From: an uncultured Chloroflexia bacterium
GTDB lineage: Bacteria > Chloroflexota > Limnocylindria > Limnocylindrales > CSP1-4
Length of the DNA: 64,000 bases
Assembly: GCA_963726055.1 (NCBI GenBank)
Contig: CAVSAP010000006.1
Location: 787,051 to 851,050, forward strand
Reading direction: 5' to 3'
Shown here: piece by piece, positions 30,460-42,007 of the stretch
How positions within the stretch are numbered: position 1 is the first letter of the stretch
Layout: each line of letters begins with the position of its first letter
Position numbers and translations under genes: made by a program
The notes under the pieces: model-generated
Seen by the model: only the letters and a program-made list of their open reading frames with translations
Databases searched by the model: none
What the model was told of the DNA's origin: nothing

Positions 30460-30649
30460 CGGGCCAACCCGCCAGTTACCACCCGGAGTGGTGAGAGTCC
30501 GTGTCGAAGGGCTCCAACTAGGCGCGGAGGCATTGGCATTAGTCCCGGAGGGCTAACTAGGCGCACCGTGCGGTCCAGCGAGACGCTCGGACCCGGCCCA
30601 TCACCACCCGGGGTGGTATCTGGCAGGATCGGGCGAAGAGGAGGCCCGC

Positions 30650-31255
30650 TCAGGAGGCCGGCCGCTCAGCCCGGCGCTTCTCGCCGGCCAGCGCCTCCCG
30701 AACCGCCCGATCGTAGGCCGATCCTCCGCGCTCGATCGGTGCATTCGCGGCTCGATCCAGGACTCCCGCCCGCGAGCGATCCACCTGGCCGATCTGATTC
30801 GCGATGCAGACGGCGACCGCGAGGGCATCGGCCGCGTCGTCCGGGCGGGGCAGCTGGCTCATTCCGAGGACCAGCTGGACCATCCGCTGAACCTGTTCCT
30901 TGTCGGCCGCGCCGTAGCCGGCGATCGCGCTCTTGACCTCGTTCGGTGTCGCCTCGCGGACCGGGCGGCCGTGCTGGGCGGCCGCCAGCAGCACGACGCC
31001 GCGCGCCTGCCCGACGGCCATTGCCGTCTGGGCGTTCTTGCTGAAGAAGAGCCGCTCGACCGCAACGACGGCCGGATCGTGGAGCGCGATCAGTTCGTCG
31101 ACCAGCCCGTGGATCGCGAGGAGTCGATCTGGCATCGCCAGGTCCGGGCTCGTCTCGAGGCAGCCGTAGTCGATCGCGCGGAGGTGTCCGCCGTTCCGTT
31201 CGACGATGCCATAGCCGAGTGCCGCGGTCCCGGGGTCGATCCCGAGGATGATCAC
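30650..31255 (-). CDS. ruvC: Holliday junction resolvase RuvC
   Basis: '[18 protein letters not shown]' and the catalytic acidic residues. Confidence 0.8.
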   Translation of the reverse strand: MIILGIDPGTAALGYGIVERNGGHLRAIDYGCLETSPDLAMPDRLLAIHGLVDELIALHDPAVVAVERLFFSKNAQTAMAVGQARGVVLLAAAQHGRPVREATPNEVKSAIAGYGAADKEQVQRMVQLVLGMSQLPRPDDAADALAVAVCIANQIGQVDRSRAGVLDRAANAPIERGGSAYDRAVREALAGEKRRAERPAS

Positions 31256-32004
31256 CCGGCGACCTCGGCAAAGACATCCTCGGGGATGTCGAAATTGGCC
31301 GTGACCCGCTGGACGTCGTCGAGGTCGTCCAGCATTTCGACGAGCCGGAGCGCCTGGCGCGCCTTCGTCGAGTCGAGCTCGACCGTCTGCTTCGCGATCA
31401 TCGTGTTCTCGGCCGAGTCGACCGTGACGCCCGCTGCGTCCAGGGCCAGTCGGACGCGCTCGAGATCGCCGGGCGTCGTGTAGATCTCGATCGTGTCGGG
31501 ATCCTCCGTGTCCACGTCCTCGGCGCCGGCGTCGATCGCGGCGAGCGCGACCTCGTCGGGGTCGACCCCGTTGCGCGTCACGGCGATGAGCCCCCGCGGC
31601 TCGAACTGCCAGGCAACGGCGCCGGAGCCGGCGAGCTGGCCGCCGGTCTTGGTGAAGATCGAGCGGATCTCGGCCGCGGTCCGGTTGCGGTTATCGGTCG
31701 CGGCCTCGACGAGGACGGCGACACCGCCCGGGCCATAGCCCTCGTAGACGATCTCCTCGAACTGCTCGGCCTCTCCGCCGCCCGTCGCTTTCTCGATCGT
31801 CCGCTTGATGTTGTCGGCCGGCATGTTCACCGACCGGGCCTTCTCCATCGCGAGCCGGAGCCGGTAATTCGCATCCGGGTCGCCGCCGCCCTGCCGCGCC
31901 GCGACGCTGATCTCGCGGGCAACCTTGGTGAATACCGCCCCGCGCTTCGCGTCATTCGCGCCCTTCTGGCGCTTGATCGTGGACCACTTGGAATGTCCTG
32001 ACAT
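31252..32004 (-). CDS. yebC: YebC/PmpR-family transcriptional regulator
   Basis: '[22 protein letters not shown]' is the universal N-terminus. Confidence 0.8.
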   Translation of the reverse strand: MSGHSKWSTIKRQKGANDAKRGAVFTKVAREISVAARQGGGDPDANYRLRLAMEKARSVNMPADNIKRTIEKATGGGEAEQFEEIVYEGYGPGGVAVLVEAATDNRNRTAAEIRSIFTKTGGQLAGSGAVAWQFEPRGLIAVTRNGVDPDEVALAAIDAGAEDVDTEDPDTIEIYTTPGDLERVRLALDAAGVTVDSAENTMIAKQTVELDSTKARQALRLVEMLDDLDDVQRVTANFDIPEDVFAEVAG

Positions 32005-32127
32005 CGCGGGCCGGAGTATAGCCGACTATCATGGCCAAACCGCGGCCCGCCGCTTCTCCGCGAGGCCGCCCAGAGCCCCAGAAGCCGATCGTCCCGGCAG
32101 CCGCGCAATCGTGAGGTACGACCGTCG

Positions 32128-34218
32128 ATGACGATGAAAAACGTCGACCCCGCCCATCTCCGAAGCATCGTCCTTGCAGGGCATGCGGGCGGTGGCAAGA
32201 CCACGCTCGCCGAGCACCTGCTCTTCCAGGCCGGTGCGATCCAGCGACTCGGTCGGGTCGACGACGGAACGGCGCACCTCGACTACGAGCCCGAGGAGCA
32301 GAAGCGCCGCGAGTCGCTCAGCCTGGCAGTCGCGACGTTCGAGCACGACAGCACCAGGATCACGCTGGTCGACACGCCCGGCTATCCGGACTTCGTGTCC
32401 GAAGTCGTCGAGGGCTTCGCCGCCGCCGACGGGGCGCTGTTCGTCATGGATGCCTCGGCCGGAGTCGAGGCGGGCCTCGAGACGGCGGTCGCCCTGGGCC
32501 GAGCGACCGGCCGGGCGGCATGTTTCTACATCAACAAATGCGATCGCGAGAACGCCAACCCGACCGCCGCGCTCGACGCGCTCCGAACGGCCTTCGGCAA
32601 CAAGATCGCGCCGCTCCACCTCGCGATCGGGGCCGGCGAGTCATTCGAGGGCTACGTCGACCTCGTCCATCGGAAGGCCTGGCGGTTCGACGGCAAGACC
32701 GAGGTCGAGATCCCGATCCCCGATGACCTGTCGGATGAGATCGCCCGGCGTCGCGACCAGCTCCTGGAGGCCGCGGCAGAGGCCGACGACGACGTCCTGA
32801 CGAAGTACCTCGAGGGCGAGGAGATCAGCGACGCCGAGCTCGACGCCTGCCTCCATCGCGGCGTCCGCGACTCGATCCTCGCCCCGGTGCTCGTCGGCAG
32901 CGCCGGCAAGGGCATCGGGATGACCGCGCTGCTCGACGCGTTCATCCGCTACATGCCGACTGCGGCCGAGGAGCCGCCCGTCCCCGCGAAGAACGCCAAG
33001 ACGGGCGAGGAGGTGACGATCACCCCCGATCCGACGGGCCCGCTCGTCGCCCGGGTCTTCAAGACCGCGGCGGACCCGTTCGTCGGCCGGCTGACGTATC
33101 TCCGCGTCGTCTCCGGCACGCTCCACGGCCAGGGTCATGCCTGGAACGCCAATCGTGAAGAGGACGAGCGGATGGGCCAGCTGCTCCTCCTCCATGGCAA
33201 GGACCAGGAGCCGATCGGCGAGCTGCTGGCCGGCGAGATCGGTGCCGTCGCCAAGCTCGCGACCACCGAGACGGGCGACACCCTCTCGACGAAGGAGCAG
33301 CCGATCATCCTGCCGCCGCTGGAGTTCCCGCAGCCGACGTTGTCGGTTGCGATCGAGCCCCAGACGAAGGCGGACCTCGACAAGATGGGCGCGGCACTCC
33401 AGCGGATGCTCGAGGAGGAGCCGTCTGCACGGGTCGAGCGCTCGGCGACCGGCGAGCAGCTCCTGATCGCCACCGGCGAGGCCCATATCGCGGTCATCGG
33501 CGAACGCCTGAAGCGCAAGTTCGGGGCGTCGATCGTGACGAGGACGCCGCGAGTCCCCTATCGCGAGACGATCCGGGGCACCACGAAGGTCGAGGGCAAG
33601 TACAAGAAGCAGACCGGCGGACACGGGATGTTCGGGCACGTCTGGCTGGAGATCGAGCCGAATCCGGGCGGCGGCGTCGAGTTCGCGGCGAAGGTCGTCG
33701 GCGGCTCCGTCCCGAAGGGGTTCTTCCCGGGCATCGAGAAGGGCATCCGCGAAGCGGCCTCTGAAGGCGTTCTCGCCGGCTATCCCCTGTCGGACTTCAA
33801 GGCGACGCTGTACGACGGCTCATTCCATACGGTCGACTCGAACGAGCTGTCGTTCAAGATCGCCGCCTCGATGGCCCTCAAGAAGGGCGTCATGGACTGC
33901 CGTCCCGGCCTGCTCGAGCCGATCATGGCGGTCGAGATCCGGGTGCCCGAGGAGTACATGGGCGACGTCAACCGCGACCTCAACACCCGGCGCGGTCGCC
34001 TCCTGGGCATGGACACGCTCGGTGACGGGTTGCAGGTCGTGTCGGCCCAGGTGCCCCAGTCGGAGCTCTTCACGTACGCGACCGAGTTGCGATCGCTGAC
34101 GCACGGCCGCGGGACGTTCACGGCAGTCCTCGATCGGTACGAGGAAGCGCCGCAGAGCGTCGCGGAGAAGGTGATCGCATCGCACAAGAAGGAGCTCGAG
34201 ACCGCCGGCGGGCATTGA
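32128..34218 (+). CDS. Elongation factor G paralog (EF-G2-like translational GTPase)
   Basis: 696 aa with G1 'GHAGGGKTTLAEHLL', 'DTPGYPDF', 'NKCD' and EF-G domains II-V. Confidence 0.75.
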   Translation: MTMKNVDPAHLRSIVLAGHAGGGKTTLAEHLLFQAGAIQRLGRVDDGTAHLDYEPEEQKRRESLSLAVATFEHDSTRITLVDTPGYPDFVSEVVEGFAAADGALFVMDASAGVEAGLETAVALGRATGRAACFYINKCDRENANPTAALDALRTAFGNKIAPLHLAIGAGESFEGYVDLVHRKAWRFDGKTEVEIPIPDDLSDEIARRRDQLLEAAAEADDDVLTKYLEGEEISDAELDACLHRGVRDSILAPVLVGSAGKGIGMTALLDAFIRYMPTAAEEPPVPAKNAKTGEEVTITPDPTGPLVARVFKTAADPFVGRLTYLRVVSGTLHGQGHAWNANREEDERMGQLLLLHGKDQEPIGELLAGEIGAVAKLATTETGDTLSTKEQPIILPPLEFPQPTLSVAIEPQTKADLDKMGAALQRMLEEEPSARVERSATGEQLLIATGEAHIAVIGERLKRKFGASIVTRTPRVPYRETIRGTTKVEGKYKKQTGGHGMFGHVWLEIEPNPGGGVEFAAKVVGGSVPKGFFPGIEKGIREAASEGVLAGYPLSDFKATLYDGSFHTVDSNELSFKIAASMALKKGVMDCRPGLLEPIMAVEIRVPEEYMGDVNRDLNTRRGRLLGMDTLGDGLQVVSAQVPQSELFTYATELRSLTHGRGTFTAVLDRYEEAPQSVAEKVIASHKKELETAGGH

Positions 34219-34736
34219 CCGGCGCCGCGCTCCGGAATCGCTACGGACACGGCGTGATCCGATAGGCCAGACCCGTCTGATTTCGCGGTCCGGAGGCCGT
34301 GCGACCAGGCGTGATCGCGTCAAGCAGCTCGCCGTGGCCGGCCTCGTCGAAATAGAGCAAGTCGAGCCTGGCATCAACGGGCCACTCCTGAAGCTGGCGG
34401 CACTGGTGCGTCGACGAGGCGGAACGATCCAGTCCTCCGTCGGAGCGCCCATGCCGCGACAGGACCCCTCTGTACGCGTGAGGCGGCAACGGTGTAGGTC
34501 TCCTGACCAGATTCCGCGAACGACGATCTACGACCGGCTTGTCACTGTCGTTGAGCGCCCAGACGGAGTAGCGGTCGTCCACGATGCAGCCTGCGACGGC
34601 GCACAGACGGCGAGCGTCGAGCGCGATCGCCGCCGCCAGGACTCGTCTCGAGGCAGCCGAGTTCCGCGGTATTCCATCGGCTCACTGAACCACCTGGACG
34701 CCCTGCAGGCAATGGGTCCAAGGTCGACGATCGGCT

Positions 34737-35473
34737 CTACGCTCGGAGGGCCGCCTCGACGCGTGAGCGATCCGTCGTAGAGCGCACGCCCGACGATCGC
34801 TCCGACACAGCCGAGCTCGCGCACGGCGGCCAGATCCGCCGCGCTGCGGATCCCGCCGGAGGCGATGATCGAGCCGCGGCCAAGGCCGACGAGCCGCTCG
34901 AGGAGGCGCAGATCCGGCCCACCGAGCAGACCGTCGCGCTCGACGGCGGTCACCTCGAACGTCGTGACGCCCGCGTCGGCGAGTCGGTCGATCAGCTCGT
35001 CGGGCGGCAGACCGGGCGTCCCCGTCCGCCATCCATCGCCGATGGCCAGGCCATCGCGAACATCGATCGCGACGACGACCCGGGCCGCTCCGTGGGCTTC
35101 GACGATTGCGGCGAGAAATGCCGGGGTCGGCGATCGCGGCTGTGCCGAGGACGACCCGTGCGACGCCACGAGCGAGATGGCCTGGGCGACCGAGTCCGCC
35201 GTCCGCAGTCCGCCACCCGCCTCAACCTGCGCCCGGTCCCCGACCTCGGCCTGGATCGCCGCGATCGCGTCCTGCTGCACGGGCTCGCCCGCGCGCGCGC
35301 CGTCGAGATCGACGACGTGGAGCCAGCGAGCGCCGCTCTCGACGAATGACGCGCGCGACGAGAACGGGATCATCGGCGAAGACCGTCTCCCGGCCGAAGT
35401 CCCCTTCCTTGAGCCGAACCACGCGTCCGCCCCGCAGGTCGATCGCCGGCAGGACGTCGAAGGTGCTTGTCAA
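34737..35473 (-). CDS. hisA: HisA-type (beta/alpha)8 isomerase (HisA/PriA), frameshifted
   Basis: '[20 protein letters not shown]', '...[13 protein letters not shown]' and '[10 protein letters not shown]...[20 protein letters not shown]' span three frames. Confidence 0.55.
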
Positions 35474-35544
35474 GCCCGTATCACCGTGTTAGCGTGCTAC
35501 TACATTACTACGCTACCACAGTACGGGAGGCACCCACAGGGCGC

Positions 35545-35874
35545 ATGGCAGACGATTGGCGAACCGCCGACGCGGAGGCCCTCTTCGACGCGATCCTGCT
35601 GCTCGAGACTCGCGAGCAGGCGGAGCGGTTCATCCGCGACCTCTGCACGATCAACGAGATCCGTGACATGGCCCAGCGCTGGGCGGTCGTCCGGCTCCTG
35701 GACGCGGGCATGCACTACGCCCAGATCTCCCGCGAAACGGGCGCGAGCACCGCGACGATCACCCGGATCGCCTCGTGGCTGCACCACGGCGAGGGCGGCT
35801 ACCGCGAGGCGCTCGTCCGCCTGCGCGATGCCGGCGGCGCCAGTCTTCCCTACCCGATCGCGGGCGAGCGGTGA
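35545..35874 (+). CDS. yerC: TrpR-like YerC/YecD-family DNA-binding protein
   Basis: 'MADDWRTADAEALFDAILLLETREQAERFIRDLCTINEIRDMAQRWAVVRLLDAGMHYAQISRETGASTATITRIA'. Its stop overlaps the hisG GTG. Confidence 0.55.
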   Translation: MADDWRTADAEALFDAILLLETREQAERFIRDLCTINEIRDMAQRWAVVRLLDAGMHYAQISRETGASTATITRIASWLHHGEGGYREALVRLRDAGGASLPYPIAGER

Positions 35875-36731
35875 GCGAGCGGCTCCGCCTCGCGATCCCG
35901 AACAAGGGCCGCCTCGTCGACCCGACGCTTCACCTGCTCCACGATGCGGGTCTGATCTTCGAGGAGCACGAGCGAAGCCTCGTATCGCGCGTCCAGAACT
36001 TCGACCTCGACATCCTGTTCGTCCGGACGAACGACGTCATCGAGTTCGTCGGCGACGGTGTCGCCGACCTGGGCGTGACCGGCGTCGACCTGCTCGTCGA
36101 GACCGGCGCGGAGTTGCCACGGATTCGATCGCTGGGCTACGGCCACTGCCGGCTCGCCGCCGCCGTCCCGAGCGACACGCCGTACAAGTCGGTGGATGAT
36201 CTCGCCGGCCTGCGCGTCGCTACTGCCCACCCGAACACGTCGCGTCGGTTCTTCGAGGAACGCCGGATCCAGGTCGATGTGATCCCGATCTCCGGAGCAG
36301 TCGAAGTCGCGCCCCGCCTCGGGCTGGCCGAGGGGATCGTCGACCTCGTGTCAACCGGCTCGACGCTGGTGATGAACGGCCTGCGCCAGATCGGCGACGT
36401 CCTCGCGTCAGAGGCCGTCCTCGTTGCCAACCCGACGGCCCACCGGCAGCGGACCGACGACATCGCCGCGATCGACACGATGCTGAGCGCGGTCATTGCG
36501 GCTCGCGGTCGCAAGTACCTGATGATGAACGCACCCGCAGGCAAGTTGGCCGCCCTCGAGGAGCTCCTGCCGGGACTCGAATCGCCGTCGGTGATTCCGC
36601 TCGCCCACGAGGGGATGATCGCGATCCACTCCGTCGTCGGCGCCGACGAGGTCTGGGGGCTGCTCCCCCGCCTCAAGGCCGCGGGTGCATCGGGGATCCT
36701 CGTCCTGCCGATCGAGAAGATCGTCCCGTGA
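35871..36731 (+). CDS. hisG: ATP phosphoribosyltransferase (long form)
   Basis: 'LRLAIPNKGRL' and 'VDLVSTGSTL'. Confidence 0.8.
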   Translation: MSERLRLAIPNKGRLVDPTLHLLHDAGLIFEEHERSLVSRVQNFDLDILFVRTNDVIEFVGDGVADLGVTGVDLLVETGAELPRIRSLGYGHCRLAAAVPSDTPYKSVDDLAGLRVATAHPNTSRRFFEERRIQVDVIPISGAVEVAPRLGLAEGIVDLVSTGSTLVMNGLRQIGDVLASEAVLVANPTAHRQRTDDIAAIDTMLSAVIAARGRKYLMMNAPAGKLAALEELLPGLESPSVIPLAHEGMIAIHSVVGADEVWGLLPRLKAAGASGILVLPIEKIVP

Positions 36732-38104
36732 CGGCGACACCGACGCCGCCGGCCGCGGCGACATTCCGGTTCCGCCGCCTGCAGCTGGGCGACGCCGCCG
36801 AGGACCCGTCGACCGCCGAGACGATCCGGCGACTCGTCCGGCGCAGCGCGGTGCCGGACCAGGCCGTTCGCGACGGAGCCCATGAGACGCTCGAGGACGT
36901 CCGGCTCCGCGGCTCGGCGGCGGTCCGCGCTGCCGCGTCACGGTTCGGCGGCGGGTCCGACGACCGGCTGTTCATCGAGCGAGCCGAGCTCGCAGCCGCC
37001 GCGGACCGTCTGCCTGGCGCGACCCGCGACGCGCTCGAACAGGCGATCGCCAATGTCCGCCGCTTCGCCGAGACGCAGCGTCCCGCATCCGCGCGCGTCA
37101 CGATCGCCCCGGGTATCGAGATCGAACGGCGCTGGACTCCCCTTGCGCGCGTCGGCGCCTACGTCCCGGGCGGATCCGCCCCATACCCATCGACGCTCGT
37201 CATGACCGTCGTCCCGGCCATCGTCGCCGGCGTCCGCGACATCGTGGTCGCGTCACCGGCTGATCGGGATGGTGAGCTTGACCAGGTTCTGCTCGGCGCC
37301 GCCGGGATCCTCGGCGTCGGCACGCTCCTCGTCGCCGGTGGGGCCCAGGCCATCGGCGCCCTCGCCTACGGACTGCCGGATGTCGGGTTCGTCCCGGTCG
37401 ATCGCATCGTCGGCCCGGGCAACTCCTGGGTGACGGCGGCGAAGATCGAGGTGAGCGCGGTGGTCGGGATCGACATGCCGGCCGGGCCGTCGGAGGGGAT
37501 GGTCGTCGCCGATTCGACGGCAGATCCCGTTCTCGTCGCCGCGGACCTCGTGACACAGGCGGAGCATGGCCCGGACTCGCCGGCCATTCTCGTCACGCCC
37601 GACGCCGACCTTGCCGACGCCGTCGAAGTCGAGGTCGCGGCCCTGCTACCGCGGCTCGAGCGGCGGTCGATCCTCGAGTCCGCCCTGCGCGACCACGGCT
37701 GGATCGTCCTCGCCACGGACCTGAGCGCCGCGATCTCGTTCGCCAACGAGTACGCGCCGGAGCACCTGTCGGTCGACGTCGCCGACCCGGAAGCCGCCGT
37801 CGATCGGCTGACCAACGCCGGCTCGATCTTCGTCGGCCCGTGGGCACCGGAATCCGCCGGCGACTACGCGACCGGCGCAAACCACGTCCTGCCGACCGGC
37901 GGGCTGGCCCGATCGTGCGGCCCGCTCGCGGTCGAGTCCTTCGGCCGCTTCAGCCAGGTCCAGCGGATCGATCGCGAAGGTCTTCGCGGCATCGCCGAAA
38001 CGATCCGGGTGCTGGCCACCGCCGAAGGCCTCACGGCCCACCGCAACGCCGTCGACGCCCGCTTCGACGACCGGTCGCGGGCGTCTAGCGGCGGAGCCGG
38101 AGCG
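36728..38104 (+). CDS. hisD: Histidinol dehydrogenase, with no stop codon before hisC
   Basis: Typical HisD motifs. The frame runs straight into the hisC ATG at 38105. Confidence 0.7.
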
Positions 38105-39259
38105 ATGAGCCCGACGCCCGTCACCTTCAGCTCGCCGACACAGCCCGCCTCGTACAGCTGGGAGGCGACCGACGAGGAAGTCGCGGCCCGATACGGCCTG
38201 CCGATCGAGACGATCGTCCGCTTCGACCTGAACACGTCGCCGGCGCCGCCGGACCTCGTCGCCGGCCTCCTGGCCGCCGGCCGATTCGAGTCCTCGCTGT
38301 CCGAGTATCCGCCGACGGACTACCGCCGCCTGGTGGAAGCTGCAGCGGCCACGTATGAGGTGGCCCCGAACGAGATCCTGGTCGGTGCCGGTGCGGACGA
38401 GATCCTCGATATCGCCGGCAAGTCGTTCCTTCCGGCTGGCGGCACGGCTGTCGTCCCCGTCCCGAGCTATGCGATGTATCGGGTCATCACCGAGCAGCGC
38501 GGGGCGAGCGTGATCGGCGTTCCCCGGCGACCGGCTGCCGAGGGCTGGGCAATGGACATCGCGGCGGTTCGCGCGACCGCCCGCACCGCCGACCTCGTCT
38601 GGCTGTGCAGCCCGAATAACCCGACCGGAGTCGCCGAACCAGAGGGGGCGATCGAGGAGCTCCTCGCCGGACTCGACACCGATGCGGCGGCGGACGGCCG
38701 CGACCCCGCGATCGTCGTTCTCGATGAGGCATACGCAGAGTTCGTCGAGACGACACTCATCCCGCTCCGCCTCCGGCACCCGAACCTGGTGGTCGTCAGG
38801 ACGGCGAGCAAGGCGTATGCGCTGGCGGGCCTCCGGGTCGGCTTCGGGATCGCGGACGCGGCGACCATTGCCCGGATGAATCCCTTTCGGCCACCGGGGT
38901 CGATTTCGACGGTGAGCGTCACGCTCGTGACCGAGGCCCTCATCGATCCGGCGGGGATGCGCGCCAACGTCGCCCGCGTCGAGCGCGAGCGCGGCCGTCT
39001 CGCGAAAGGCCTGCAGGAGGCCGGCTGGGAGGTCGGCCCGTCGGTGACGAATTTCCTCCTCGCGAGGTTCGCCAGCCCGGACCAGGCGGCGGCGACGGCG
39101 GAGGCCCTGCTCAGCCGAGGGATCGTGCCCCGGACGTTCGGCGCCGGCCACATTCTCGCCGACTCGCTGCGCGTCACGGTCCGCGACGCGGCAGAGAACG
39201 ACCGCCTCATCGCTGCCGCCCGCGCGGCGACCGCGGAACGCAACGAGGCCGGCGGATGA
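38105..39259 (+). CDS. hisC: Histidinol-phosphate aminotransferase
   Basis: Class II aminotransferase. '[14 protein letters not shown]' is the PLP-lysine region. Confidence 0.7.
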   Translation: MSPTPVTFSSPTQPASYSWEATDEEVAARYGLPIETIVRFDLNTSPAPPDLVAGLLAAGRFESSLSEYPPTDYRRLVEAAAATYEVAPNEILVGAGADEILDIAGKSFLPAGGTAVVPVPSYAMYRVITEQRGASVIGVPRRPAAEGWAMDIAAVRATARTADLVWLCSPNNPTGVAEPEGAIEELLAGLDTDAAADGRDPAIVVLDEAYAEFVETTLIPLRLRHPNLVVVRTASKAYALAGLRVGFGIADAATIARMNPFRPPGSISTVSVTLVTEALIDPAGMRANVARVERERGRLAKGLQEAGWEVGPSVTNFLLARFASPDQAAATAEALLSRGIVPRTFGAGHILADSLRVTVRDAAENDRLIAAARAATAERNEAGG

Positions 39260-39883
39260 GCACTCCGCTCGGATCCGTGAGCGTGTCGGGTCGCGATGGC
39301 CGCCGGGTGACCGTTTCGCGGAAGACCCGTGAGACGGACGTGACGCTGACGCTCGACCTCGACGGCAGCGGCGCGACTGCCGTCTCGACAGGCATCGGTT
39401 TCCTGGACCACCTGCTCGGCTCGCTCGCTCACCACGGGCTGTTCGATCTCGAGATCAACGCGACGGGCGACCTCGAGGTCGACGAACACCACACGGTCGA
39501 GGACGTCGCCCTCGTCCTTGGCACCGCGTTCGCGGAGGCGCTCGGCGATCGCGCCGGGATCGGCCAATTCGGGGAGGCGACGGTCCCGATGGACGAGTCG
39601 CTCGCCGCGGCCGTCGGTCGACGTCGGAGGCCGGCCGTACGCGGTCGTCGACCTGCCGTTCCGCGGGGAACGCGTCGGCGCCCTGCCGCTCCAGCTCGTC
39701 GAGCATGCGCTCGAAGCGTTCGCCCGCACGGCCGGGGTGACGCTCCACGTCCGTGGCTCCGGGCGCAACGACCATCACCTGGCGGAGGCGGCGTTCAAGG
39801 CGCTCGGACGGGCCCTGAGGGTCGCCTGCGAGCCCGACGCCCGGCGGAGCGGTGTCGCCTCGACGAAGGGCTCGCTCGGGTGA
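39256..39883 (+). CDS. hisB: Imidazoleglycerol-phosphate dehydratase, one frameshift
   Basis: 'GIGFLDHLL', '[10 protein letters not shown]' and C-terminal '[18 protein letters not shown]' in a shifted frame. Confidence 0.65.
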
Positions 39884-40559
39884 CCGCGGCACCGCTCGTG
39901 GCCGTCGTCGACTACGGTGCGGGCAACCTCGTCAGCATCGATCAGGCCCTCGGAGCGGTCGGGGCGCGGGTCGTCCTTGCCACGGACGCCGCATGCCCTC
40001 GCAGGAGCCGATGCCCTCGTGGTGCCCGGCGTCGGAGCCGCGGCCCCGGCGATGGAACGCCTCGATCGACAGGGCCTCATCGATCCGATCCTCCAGCTGG
40101 ATTCGCGATGACCGGCCGTACCTCGGGATCTGCCTCGGACTCCAGCTCCTCTTCGAGAGCAGCGACGAGGACGGGGCCACGACACTCGGCGTGCTGCCCG
40201 GCCGGACCGTCCGCCTCGAGGGCGCCCCGACCCTCCCCCACATCGGATGGAACCAGGTTGAGCGCGTTCGGACCCACGCGATCTTCGACGGGATCGCCGA
40301 CGACGCCGACTTCTACTTCGTCCACTCCTACGCCGGCGCTGTTGATGACGGCTCTCGAGAGGCCATCCTGGCCGAGACCACCCACGGCCGCTCCTTCACA
40401 TCGGCGGTCGCCAGCGACGCCCTGGTCGGCGTCCAGTTCCATCCCGAGCGGAGCGGACGCGACGGACTCCGGCTTCTCGCGAACTTCGTCGCGCTCGTCC
40501 GTGCGCGTGGCGCGGCGCCGGGCCGCGACCGCGACGCCGCCGCAGTGAGCCCGTCCTGA
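39880..40559 (+). CDS. hisH: IGP synthase glutamine amidotransferase subunit, 2 frameshifts
   Basis: '[13 protein letters not shown]' and '[10 protein letters not shown]' (catalytic Cys). Confidence 0.6.
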
Positions 40560-41333
40560 TGCTCCGCCGTCGCGTGATCCCCTGCCTGGACGTCGCCGGC
40601 GGTCGGGTCGTCAAGGGCACCCGGTTCGTGGACCTGGTCGACGAGGGCGATCCACCGGAGCTGGCCGCGCGCTACGCGGCAGAGGGCGCCGACGAGCTCG
40701 TCTTTCTCGACATCTCGGCCGCCCCGGAGGGCCGCGCGACGCTTGCTCGAGATCGTCGAGCGCACGGCGCGCCGGGCGTTCATCCCGCTGACGGTGGGCG
40801 GCGGCGTCCGAACCGTCGACGAGATGCGCGCCGTGCTCCGCGCCGGCGCCGACAAAGTCTCCCTGAACACCGCCGCCGTCGCCGAGCCGGCGCTGATCTC
40901 ACGATGCGCCGGCCAGTTCGGACGGCAGGCCGTCGTCGTCGCCATCGATGCCCGGCTGAACGCCCGCGGCAGCTGGGACGTCCTGGTGAGAGGCGGCCGG
41001 GAACCGACGACGCTCGATGCTGTCGCCTGGGCCAGGCGGGCGGCTGACCTTGGCGCCGGCGAGTTGCTCGTCACCTCGATCGATCGCGACGGAACACAAT
41101 CCGGGTTCGACACGGACCTCCTGAGGGCGATCACGAGCGCGGTCACGGTTCCGGTCATCGCGTCGGGCGGCGCCGCGGGTCCGGCGGACTTCGTCGCAGC
41201 AGTGACCGAGGGCGGCGCCGACGCCGTGCTCGCCGCCTCGATCTTCCATCGCCGGATCCACTCGATCGGCGAGGTGAAAGCGGCGATGGCGGCGGCCGGC
41301 CTCCCGGTGAGGCTCGGTCAGGAGGCCGCGTGA
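40559..41333 (+). CDS. hisF: IGP synthase cyclase subunit, one frameshift
   Basis: 'RVIPCLDV' and '[11 protein letters not shown]'. Confidence 0.65.
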
Positions 41334-42007
41334 CCGGAGCGCCGATTCAGCCGCCGCCCGACATCCGCTACGGCTCGGATGGCCTCGTCCCCGCCGTCGT
41401 CCAGGACGTCGCCGACGGCCGCGTGCTGATGGTTGCCTGGATGGACGCCGAAGCGTTGGCGGCCACGCTCGGAACCGGCGAGGTGCACTTCCACTCCCGA
41501 TCGCGCGGCCGCCTCTGGCGCAAGGGCGAGACGAGCGGCAACGTCCTCCATCTGCGGGGGATCGCCACCGACTGCGACCAGGACGCGCTCCTCGTCTCGG
41601 TCGAGCCGCACGGCCCAACGTGTCACCGGGGGACGAGGAGCTGCTTCGATCCCGACGGAGCGCCCGCTGCCCGCCAGACCCAGCACCAGGACCTTGCGTT
41701 TCTCGAGGAGCTGTGGGCGACGATTCAGTCGCGCGCCGAGGCACGCCCGGAAGGCTCGTACACCGCCTCGCTTCTCGAGGGCGGCGTCGACGCCGTCGCG
41801 CGGAAGGTCACCGAGGAGGCGACCGAGGTCCTCATCGCCGCGAAGGACGATGCGGCGTCGGAGACCGCCGGACGCGACCGCGAGTCAACGAGAGCGGCCG
41901 TCGCCGCCGAAACGGCCGACCTGCTCTATCACGGGCTCGTCCTCCTCGCCGAGCGTGGCGTCGACCCGTCGGAGGTGATGTCGGTCCTCCGGCGCCGTCA
42001 CGCCTGA
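41330..42007 (+). CDS. hisI: Bifunctional PR-AMP cyclohydrolase / PR-ATP pyrophosphatase
   Basis: HisI N-domain '[12 protein letters not shown]' plus a HisE C-domain. Confidence 0.7.
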   Translation: MTGAPIQPPPDIRYGSDGLVPAVVQDVADGRVLMVAWMDAEALAATLGTGEVHFHSRSRGRLWRKGETSGNVLHLRGIATDCDQDALLVSVEPHGPTCHRGTRSCFDPDGAPAARQTQHQDLAFLEELWATIQSRAEARPEGSYTASLLEGGVDAVARKVTEEATEVLIAAKDDAASETAGRDRESTRAAVAAETADLLYHGLVLLAERGVDPSEVMSVLRRRHA

